Position numbers and translations under genes: made by a program. From Pirellulales bacterium (GTDB lineage Bacteria > Planctomycetota > Planctomycetia > Pirellulales > JAICIG01), in NCBI GenBank assembly GCA_040901675.1, contig JBBDYJ010000013.1, forward strand, positions 32,001 to 96,000: a DNA stretch of 64,000 nt, given 5' to 3'. The notes below the pieces were generated by a model. That model was not told where the DNA came from and made no database searches. It saw only the letters and a list, made by a program, of their open reading frames with translations. Of the stretch, positions 30,105 through 37,517 are shown piece by piece; the stretch's first letter is position 1; every line of letters begins with the position of its first letter.

Positions 30105-32177
30105 GTGAACGGATTGCGCATGGAGCGGCTGCTCGACTGGTTTCGCGGTCCCCAGTTGACCTGGAGCCTGCTTTGGCTGGGCCTGGTGATGATCACCTGC
30201 GCCTTGCTGGCCTTGATGGTCACGCGCTGGGGCCAGTCGCGTCCGTTGCGAAAATGCGTGGTGCTGTCGCTGTTGACGCATCTGCTGTTGGCCACGTATG
30301 CCACCACGGTGCAGATTGTGGCATCCGCGCCGGGCCGCTTGGAAGAACCGTCGCTGCGGATCACCTCCGTCGGCGAGGGGGACAGCCCGCGCCGGCGGCC
30401 GGAAGCGAGGGGATCGGCTGAACCGTGGGAGGAGTTTCCCCTCGACTCAACGCCTGATACGCCGGCGGCCGCGCTCGATCGCCCCGGCGAGGGACCGATC
30501 GAACCCGAACGCCTCGCCGCCGAGGACCCGAGCGTGCTGGCCAGCCAGGTGCCTGCGGCGTCGCTCGATCCTTCCCACACCGGACCACGCCCGCAGCCGA
30601 TCGAGCCGGCCCACGATCGAGATGAACCGTTCGAATCGCCGGCCGAACCGATTGATGCCCCGCAGGCCGCCAAGCAGGAGGCGGTCGACCCCGTCTCGGA
30701 CCAACACCACTTGCCGCGGCCGGCCGGCCTGGAACCGGATCTCGAGCCGCGGCCCGATGCCGGCGCCGACGAGCCAGTGCGCTCACAATTGGCTCAACCG
30801 GGCGGCACTGCGCACCTCGATGATCCGCCGACCAGCCCCGATCCACAATCGGCCATCGCCGGTTTCCAGGACTTCTCCCGGCGCGTGGCCAGCCCTCTGG
30901 ACGCCGAATCGCTGGAACCTCATACAGGCGCCAGGGCGGGTGCTCAGCGAACGTCCGACCCAGCCACGGGGCCCGCAGCGCGGCAACCGGCGAGCAGCGG
31001 CACGGCGGCTGACCGGGCTGCTGACGCGACCGGCAAGGCCCCGCGCCTCGATCCCATCGAAGCTCTACCCCTGGGCAAAATGCCCGAAGCCTATCAACTG
31101 CGGCGAACGCCCGGGCGCGCCGTTCTGACCGAGCAGCGGGGCGGCTCGCAAGCCACCGAGGCCTCCGTGAACGCCGCACTGGAGTGGCTGGCCGACCACC
31201 AGGAGCCCGGCGGCCGCTGGGATGCCAGCCGCTTCGGCGCCGGCCGCGGTCGCGATGCGCCCACCACGCACCGCCATGGCGCCGGGGCCGAGTCCGACAC
31301 CGGCGTGACCGGGCTGGCCTTGCTGGCTTTCCTCGGCGCCGGCCACACCCATGCCCAGGGAGATCATCGCCAGACGGTCGCGCGCGGCTTGGAGTTCCTG
31401 CTGGCCAGCCAGGCCGCCGATGGCAACCTGGCCGGCAAGGCCGAGCTGTATGCCTTCATGTACTGTCACGGCATGGCGGCCTTTGCGTTGAGCGAGGCCT
31501 ACGGCATGACGCTCGACGAGCGGTTGCTCGATCCGGTGCGGCGGGCGATGGGGTACACGCTGCGGGCGCAGAACCGCAGCACCGGCGGTTGGCGGTATCG
31601 GCCCGGCGACACGGGCGACACCAGCCAGTTGGGCTGGCAGCTCATGGCGCTCAAGAGCGGCGAACTGGCCGGGATCCAGATTCCCAGCCAATCGAAGGAC
31701 GGCATGGTCCGGTTCCTGTCGAGCGTGGCCTCGGGACGGCGCGGCGGCCTGTCCAGCTACCGGCCGGGCGAGAAAGTCAGCCGGGCAATGACGGCCGAGG
31801 CGCTGGTTTGCCGGCAGCTTTTGGGGATGGCCCGAGCGAACCCGGCCGGCGACGAAGCAGGCGACTTCCTGCTTGAGGAACCGCCGGGCACAGGCCAGCC
31901 GAACCTTTACTATTGGTACTACGCCACTCTGGGCATGTACCAGTTGCAGGGCGAGCATTGGACCCGCTGGAACGATGCGCTGGTATCCACGCTGGTCGAA
32001 GCCCAGCGGGTCGAAGGCGATCTGGCCGGCAGTTGGGACCCGGACCACGACGTTTGGGGAGGGCACGGCGGCCGCGTTTACACGACCGCCCTGGGCGCGC
32101 TGTGCCTGGAGGTCTACTACCGCTTTCTGCCCCTGTACGCAGAGGCAGCCTCGCGGGAAGCCGCTCGCCCTAAGTAG
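30105..32177 (+). CDS. Membrane-anchored protein: TonB/TolA-like TM, Pro-rich linker, prenyltransferase/squalene-cyclase-like (alpha/alpha) barrel
   Basis: TM with SLLTH, Pro/Ala/Glu-rich linker, barrel repeats (ALEWLADHQEPGGRW, TGLALLAFLGAG, AQNRSTGGWRY, YYWYYAT, GGRVYTTALGALCLEVYYR). Confidence 0.85.
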   Translation: MNGLRMERLLDWFRGPQLTWSLLWLGLVMITCALLALMVTRWGQSRPLRKCVVLSLLTHLLLATYATTVQIVASAPGRLEEPSLRITSVGEGDSPRRRPEARGSAEPWEEFPLDSTPDTPAAALDRPGEGPIEPERLAAEDPSVLASQVPAASLDPSHTGPRPQPIEPAHDRDEPFESPAEPIDAPQAAKQEAVDPVSDQHHLPRPAGLEPDLEPRPDAGADEPVRSQLAQPGGTAHLDDPPTSPDPQSAIAGFQDFSRRVASPLDAESLEPHTGARAGAQRTSDPATGPAARQPASSGTAADRAADATGKAPRLDPIEALPLGKMPEAYQLRRTPGRAVLTEQRGGSQATEASVNAALEWLADHQEPGGRWDASRFGAGRGRDAPTTHRHGAGAESDTGVTGLALLAFLGAGHTHAQGDHRQTVARGLEFLLASQAADGNLAGKAELYAFMYCHGMAAFALSEAYGMTLDERLLDPVRRAMGYTLRAQNRSTGGWRYRPGDTGDTSQLGWQLMALKSGELAGIQIPSQSKDGMVRFLSSVASGRRGGLSSYRPGEKVSRAMTAEALVCRQLLGMARANPAGDEAGDFLLEEPPGTGQPNLYYWYYATLGMYQLQGEHWTRWNDALVSTLVEAQRVEGDLAGSWDPDHDVWGGHGGRVYTTALGALCLEVYYRFLPLYAEAASREAARPK

Positions 32178-32233
32178 CTGGTCCGCCGATAGATACGTTC
32201 AGCCGGACGTTTTGGCCGTCAGGCAAATCTTGA

Positions 32234-32261
32234 TTGACAGCGCGCCGGCCACCAGTAGAAT
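32234..32261 (+). promoter_or_regulatory. Putative sigma70 promoter for the tatA genes
   Basis: TTGACA-N16-TAGAAT. Confidence 0.6.
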
Positions 32262-32414
32262 GAATAGGCGTCGAGGCCGCCGGAATCGTCACGCTGTCCG
32301 GCGGCGCTTCCCGCCTGAGCGTGTCGGCCTTTCGTGGTGTCGTTTTGGGTCTGACCTTTGCTGTTTTGACGCCGGCCCTGCGCGTACTCCACGGTCCATT
32401 TTAAGAAGACGACC

Positions 32415-32648
32415 ATGCACTTGCTCTTTGGGAACCCGCTTTTGGGCATCTTCGGCCTGCACGGGCTGGAGATTGTCATCGTGGGGCTGGTGGTCCTGCT
32501 GCTGTTCGGCAACCGGCTGCCCAGCCTGATGCGGTCGCTGGGCCGCAGCGTGGTCGAGTTCAAGCAGGGTGTCCGCGAGATTGAAGAAGACAAAGACGCC
32601 AACCTGGACGACGAGGAAGTCAGCAAGGGCGGCAGCCGGCGAAGTTGA
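32415..32648 (+). CDS. tatA: Twin-arginine translocase TatA/E subunit
   Basis: VVLLLFGNRLPSLMRSLGRSVVEFKQG signature. Confidence 0.93.
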   Translation: MHLLFGNPLLGIFGLHGLEIVIVGLVVLLLFGNRLPSLMRSLGRSVVEFKQGVREIEEDKDANLDDEEVSKGGSRRS

Positions 32649-32729
32649 CCGGCCTGATTGGAATTCAAGAAGAGGATGCAGGATTAAGGCGTCGGGTTAT
32701 GGTTTGCTTGATCTGCCGAGGGTGATTCG

Positions 32730-33047
32730 ATGTTCGGTTTGAATCCGATGGAGTTGATGATCGTGGGGGCAGTGGCCGTGCTGTTGTTCGGCTCGAAGCT
32801 GCCGAGCGTGGCCCGTTCGATGGGCCAGAGCATGATGCAATTCAAGCGGGGGATGCACGAGCTGCATGACGAGGTGAACTATGCCGGCGCCGGCAGTCGT
32901 GCCACCCCGAAGGTAAAGCAGCACTATCACGAGATCGACGACCGCGACGAGTCGACCGCGCCCAAGTTTGAGCCACCCAAGTTCGAACCTCCCAGCGCCG
33001 AGCCCTCCGCCGCCGAACCCTCCACCGCGGAACCCACCGCCGGTTGA
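32730..33047 (+). CDS. tatA: Second TatA/TatB-family subunit
   Basis: AVLLFGSKLPSVARSMGQSMMQFKRG and a repetitive PKFEP/SAEP tail. Confidence 0.88.
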   Translation: MFGLNPMELMIVGAVAVLLFGSKLPSVARSMGQSMMQFKRGMHELHDEVNYAGAGSRATPKVKQHYHEIDDRDESTAPKFEPPKFEPPSAEPSAAEPSTAEPTAG

Positions 33048-33225
33048 GGCGTTCGGCGGCGTTGGCCGGCCTTCTTGCCGCGCCGCGGCGCCGCGCAGGC
33101 CGACGTATGGCGCGGGTCTGGTCCCAGCGGATGGACGCCTTTGGCGCGATCCGCTATCCTGATCGGCTGCCGTTGGATCGGTTGCGGCGATCGATCACCG
33201 TGGCGGTTTGAGTGCGATTTTCTCC

Positions 33226-33299
33226 GGGCGGCTAGCTCAGTTGGTTAGAGCGCTATCCTCACACGGTAGAGGTCACAGGTTCGAGCCCTGTGCCGCCCA
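33226..33299 (+). tRNA. tRNA-Val(CAC)
   Basis: GGGCGGCTAGCTCAGTTGGTTAGAGCGCTATCCTCACACGGTAGAGGTCACAGGTTCGAGCCCTGTGCCGCCCA, anticodon loop CT-CAC-AC. Confidence 0.96.
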
Positions 33300-33340
33300 C
33301 TACCTATCATGGACTTGCGGAGTCCATTCGATTGCGGCGC

Positions 33341-33799
33341 TTAGTCGCCGGCCTCCGGCGGCTGCCGCAGGAGCGTTAGCAGTTCCGTGTCGCTCAGGAC
33401 CGCAATGCCGCGCGCCTGGCAGTAGGCTTGAACATCGGCGTGCCGTAGGTGCCGGTCGAGCGTGCAGAGAGCGTCCGCTCGGCCGGCGACTGCTGTCGCG
33501 ATCACGGCGTCGTCGTCTGGATCGGTGGAGAGGGCCGCCGGCTGGAGATCGGGCGGCACGTCCACGATGTCGGCAGTTACTTCGAGGTCCGAGATGAAGT
33601 CGTCGGTTTCCTCCATCGTCATTCGGTGGAGCGCCTGGACGCGCGGATACTGAAGGACCCGACGGAGTTCGGCAAGGAGCCACCGCGAGAGGACAAGGAC
33701 ATGGCCCGGTGGCTGCAGCCGCTCCAGAACCTCGCGGGCGGGACCGGTCGCGTTCTTCGTTGCACGCACCAACACGTTGGTGTCGAGCACGACGCGCAT
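33341..33799 (-). CDS. PIN-domain (VapC-like, PIN_3 type) toxin
   Basis: MRVVLDTNVLV...DPDDDAVIATAVAGRADALCTLDRHL acidic PIN residues. Confidence 0.9.
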   Translation of the reverse strand: MRVVLDTNVLVRATKNATGPAREVLERLQPPGHVLVLSRWLLAELRRVLQYPRVQALHRMTMEETDDFISDLEVTADIVDVPPDLQPAALSTDPDDDAVIATAVAGRADALCTLDRHLRHADVQAYCQARGIAVLSDTELLTLLRQPPEAGD

Positions 33800-34098
33800 C
33801 AATTTGGGCGCGGACGGACGTGGGCCATTGCCTCGTCCACGGCCGCCTCGAACTCACCCTCGGGCACATCTTTCATCCGCTCCGCGGTCTTATCGAGGAG
33901 CTCCCTAATCCGCTGCATGGCGGCCTGGCGAGCCTGGGGCGACGGAGGCTTACTGCCTGGAGTGACCATGACCGTCACCTCGTCGTCAGCCTCAAGCGTG
34001 CGACCGAAGAGGCGCACGACCCACGCTTTCGCGGGGGCGTCGAGGTCCTTCACCTTGCCGGCGATGACGTGCTCAATTGCGTGGTCATTGGATTCCAT
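33799..34098 (-). CDS. Probable cognate antitoxin
   Basis: About 99 aa directly upstream of the toxin with a TGATG stop/start overlap. Acidic helical C-terminus (EGEFEAAVDEAMAHVR). Confidence 0.75.
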   Translation of the reverse strand: MESNDHAIEHVIAGKVKDLDAPAKAWVVRLFGRTLEADDEVTVMVTPGSKPPSPQARQAAMQRIRELLDKTAERMKDVPEGEFEAAVDEAMAHVRPRPN

Positions 34099-34672
34099 AC
34101 CCAAAGTCTACGCCTGGCAAGCGCGACTTGGCAACCGATTCCAGGCGGGTTTTGGGCATCGAACGCCGCCACACCGGCGACGCCAGGCCGAAGAAAGCCC
34201 GGCCGACAGCTCCGCCCGATGGACTTTTGGCGTGGGGGTGTCGCCCAAACGCTATCCGCCTTGCTGGCGCTCGCTCGGTGTACCGGCCGTACCGTTTGCC
34301 ACCCGGAAGTAACGCGATTCCCGGAGAGTTCTTGTACCGCTTGCGATGGCCCGCAAGAGGCGGCCGTTTGCGGTAACGTGCGACTTAGTCGGGACTTTTA
34401 GGCGATTTTGCTGGTGCCCGGACGGGACTCACACGGTAGAGGTCATTGGTTCGAGCCCAGTGCCGCCCATTCGGTCGCCAGGTCGGTTCCGCCACGTATA
34501 ACTCCCCAATATACGGGATGATTTCCGCTGAGTCGGCCTTGGCAGCGCCTTAGGCTGATCGATGCCCGGTGAAACGGAGTCGGGCTCTGCTGGGGAGCAA
34601 CCCGACAAGGGATAGCCGCGCCGAAGCGTCGAAGTGAGGACGCGCGCCCCTGGATCGGCTGAAGTTCAGCCT

Positions 34673-36430
34673 TCAGGGGCTATTCGTTGAAAGCGAGCGG
34701 TCGGCCGTGCCTGAGGGGAGGACCACATAAAACGTTGACCCGATTCCAACCTTCGACTCGACCCAGATCTTCCCGCTGTGCCGTTCGACGACACGGCGGA
34801 CAATCGCCAATCCCATGCCCTCGCCCTTAGCCACTTCTGGATGGAGGCGTTTGAAGGCTTGGAACATCTTGGATTGGTACTCTTCACGAATTCCCAGACC
34901 GTTGTCGCGCACGTAATAGGTTTCACAATTGGCCTGCTCGTGACTCTCAAGGACAGCTTGATCAGAGCCTATCTCGATGACGCCTGGTCGCTCCGGATCC
35001 AGGTAGTTTAGCGCGTTCCCAATCAAATTTGCGAAGACCTGCTCGATCGCCGTAGGGTCGCCCCAAGCCGGCGGCAAGTCGTAAAGCGTGATCCGCGCTG
35101 AGCGTTCCGTTGCGGTGGCACTCATTGAATCGATGATCCTGGCGACGACCCCGTGTACGTCCACTGTCTGGCATTGGTACTCGACGCGGCCAGCTCTCGA
35201 GAGCCTGAGCAGCGCGTCGATGATGCTGCTCAGCCGGCTTACAGCCGTCTGGATAAAGCGGATATTCTCGGCGCATTCTCGGTCCAATAACGCCAGGCCG
35301 CGCTCCTTGGCAGCCGGAGGCAAATCATCCTCAGCCAGGATGCCCTTTATCTCCTGACAGACCGCAGCGAGCTCCTTGCTGAAGCCCTGCAAGTTCACGA
35401 GCGGAGACCGCAGGTCGTGGGAGACGCTGTACACGAACATCTCGTTTTCCCGGCTTTTTTGTTCCAGATTACGATTCGCCTCGGCGAGCTGGGCCGTCCG
35501 TTCGACCACGCGGCGCTCCAGTTCTTCGTTGAGCGCTGCCCTGGCTTGGGCCATTTCTTTCTCGGCCCGGGCGTGCAGCATTTCCAGCTCTTTGTTCTTG
35601 AGCTCCTCGGCAATGCGCCGGTTCTCTTCCTGGAAGAACTTGCGCCGCAGCAGAGCCCGGATGCGTCCTTTCAAAACCGCCATGTCGCTCGACTTGCCCA
35701 CGAAATCGTCCGCGCCCGCTTCCAAGGCCTGAGTCAAATCCTCCTTGCTCTCCCGGCCGGTCAGCATCAACAACGTCACCGAATTAGCAGTTGTCTGGCG
35801 CGACTGGTTGACTCGGCGACATACCTCAATACCGTCGATGTCCGGCAGTACCAGATCGACGAGGGCACAATCAAACGTCTCTTTGAGAATGCGATCCAAA
35901 CCGTCGCGCCCGCTCAGCGCGGTCTCAATCTGGTAGCCTTCCTTTTCTAACTCGCTGGCCAGGAACTGTTGATAGGTTAGGCTGTCGTCGATCGTCAGCA
36001 GTCGAGCCCGACGAAAATGGTGATCGGCCTGCCCGAGGATTGATGACTGGAACCTAGACTTGCCGAGCAGCGTGCGGATGCGCGCGAGCAGAATGTCTGA
36101 GTCGACCGATTTGGGCACGAAGTCGTCGGCACCGCTGTCCAGGCCGTGCAGCTCGGCATCGTGCGTATCGTCCATCGTGAGCATCACGATCGAGATGTTT
36201 CGCGTGTTGATGTTCATCCGGATACGGCGGCACAATTCATCGCCACGAATCCCGGGCAGGTAATAATCGAGAACAATCAGGTCCGGCGAGTTCTGATTGA
36301 GCTTTTCCAGGGCCAACTGCACCGTGGGCGCCCAATCCACCTGCCAGCCCTGGCGCTCGAACTCATTGGTGAGCTTGATCGCCTGCGTCCGCGAGTCTTC
36401 GACGAGCATGATGCGATAAGGGCTCGTCAT
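34673..36430 (-). CDS. Hybrid sensor: REC-REC-HisKA-HATPase
   Basis: Two receiver domains (IMLVEDS..DYYLP; LTIDDS..DLVLP), SHDLRSPL H-box, NLIGNA, DNGLGI, GEGMGL. Confidence 0.92.
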   Translation of the reverse strand: MTSPYRIMLVEDSRTQAIKLTNEFERQGWQVDWAPTVQLALEKLNQNSPDLIVLDYYLPGIRGDELCRRIRMNINTRNISIVMLTMDDTHDAELHGLDSGADDFVPKSVDSDILLARIRTLLGKSRFQSSILGQADHHFRRARLLTIDDSLTYQQFLASELEKEGYQIETALSGRDGLDRILKETFDCALVDLVLPDIDGIEVCRRVNQSRQTTANSVTLLMLTGRESKEDLTQALEAGADDFVGKSSDMAVLKGRIRALLRRKFFQEENRRIAEELKNKELEMLHARAEKEMAQARAALNEELERRVVERTAQLAEANRNLEQKSRENEMFVYSVSHDLRSPLVNLQGFSKELAAVCQEIKGILAEDDLPPAAKERGLALLDRECAENIRFIQTAVSRLSSIIDALLRLSRAGRVEYQCQTVDVHGVVARIIDSMSATATERSARITLYDLPPAWGDPTAIEQVFANLIGNALNYLDPERPGVIEIGSDQAVLESHEQANCETYYVRDNGLGIREEYQSKMFQAFKRLHPEVAKGEGMGLAIVRRVVERHSGKIWVESKVGIGSTFYVVLPSGTADRSLSTNSP

Positions 36431-37509
36431 CGGACGGCCTCCTCCGTCTTTAAGACCAGTTGCGTCAGGCGTGGGCCGATCTGTTCGAGTGGGAGCGATT
36501 CGCAGGCCGCTTCCATGCGGACGGCCATGCCAGGCATGCCGTAAACCACGGCCGTCGATTCATCCTCGGCAATGGTGTAAGCCCCTGCTTTGCGAAGTTC
36601 CTTCAGCCCGGCTGCGCCGTCGTCTCCCATGCCGGTCAATAGCACGCCCAGCGATCGAGGACCGAAACTGCGGGCAAGCGACTTAAACAGCACCGTGCCA
36701 GACGGCCGCTGCGCGCTGACCGATGGGCCGTCGTTGAGGCGCAAGCACGTCGCGTCCACCCACAGATGCCGGTCGGCTGGAGCGACATAGACCCTGCCGC
36801 GTTTTGGGATGTCACCGTCCTTGGCAAGGCCGATTTCCAGTGGGGATGAGGCAGCGAGCCAGGATACAAAACCATCCATGAAACTGGTGGTCATGTGTTG
36901 AACCAACACCACAGGCAGGGGAAACCTCGGCCCCAGGTCGCCCAGAAGTTGCTGCAAGGCGCTGGGACCGCCTGTGGAAGCCACAAGCCCAAGCATGCGA
37001 AACGGCACGGCAGGCCAAGCTGAAGAGCGCCGGCTGACCTCGGCACTCTTCGCGGCATTGCTCGCTGGAAAGCTCGACTTGGTTCTGATTCGCTGGCGTA
37101 CGACTTGCACCTGGCTCATCAGCACGAGCTGCGTACACAGCCGCTCCGCCAACGGGGCATAATCGCGATGCGTTCTCCCCACGGGCTTCTCGATCACCGA
37201 CAAGGCCCCCGCCCGCAAGGCATTCATGGAGACCTTCAAGTCTTCTGCTTGTACGCTTGCGGAGACGACGACAATGGGAGTCGGTCTTTCGGCCATGATC
37301 CGCTGTGTCGCCTCGAAGCCATTCATGCCTGGAAGCCGAATGTCCATCGAGATCACGTCGGGGGACGCGTCGTGCAAGGCGCGCAGGGCCGCCTCGGCGC
37401 TATCCAGGGAGGCCACGACTTCCAGGCGCGGATCGCTTCCGATCAGGGATTCCAAGAATTCGCGAACGACGCGCGAATCCTCGACGATCATGACCCGAAT
37501 CTTCTTCAT
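36427..37509 (-). CDS. cheB: Chemotaxis methylesterase CheB (REC plus esterase)
   Basis: Receiver domain plus ASTGGP, VQHM and TGMGDDG catalytic motifs. An alternative GTG start at 37521 overlaps the cheA stop. Confidence 0.95.
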   Translation of the reverse strand: MKKIRVMIVEDSRVVREFLESLIGSDPRLEVVASLDSAEAALRALHDASPDVISMDIRLPGMNGFEATQRIMAERPTPIVVVSASVQAEDLKVSMNALRAGALSVIEKPVGRTHRDYAPLAERLCTQLVLMSQVQVVRQRIRTKSSFPASNAAKSAEVSRRSSAWPAVPFRMLGLVASTGGPSALQQLLGDLGPRFPLPVVLVQHMTTSFMDGFVSWLAASSPLEIGLAKDGDIPKRGRVYVAPADRHLWVDATCLRLNDGPSVSAQRPSGTVLFKSLARSFGPRSLGVLLTGMGDDGAAGLKELRKAGAYTIAEDESTAVVYGMPGMAVRMEAACESLPLEQIGPRLTQLVLKTEEAVR

Positions 37510-37517
37510 GCAGGCGC

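Larger units (their letters stand above)
33258..34469. mobile_element. tRNA-Val-integrated mini-island or relic bounded by 42-bp att-like direct repeats
   Basis: tRNA 3' half 33258-33299 is repeated at 34428-34469 with 3 mismatches. It encloses only a TA pair; no integrase seen. Confidence 0.75.

Noticed and set aside
30105..32177. Calling this a squalene-hopene cyclase
   Set aside because: Only a single barrel is present, with no DxDD motif seen and no hopanoid-pathway neighbours.
34428..34469. A second tRNA-Val gene
   Set aside because: The 5' acceptor strand and D-arm are missing, so it is only a 3' fragment (att-like).
34470..34670. Possible ncRNA between the att copy and the kinase stop
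   Set aside because: Some short hairpins are present but no recognisable family motif.
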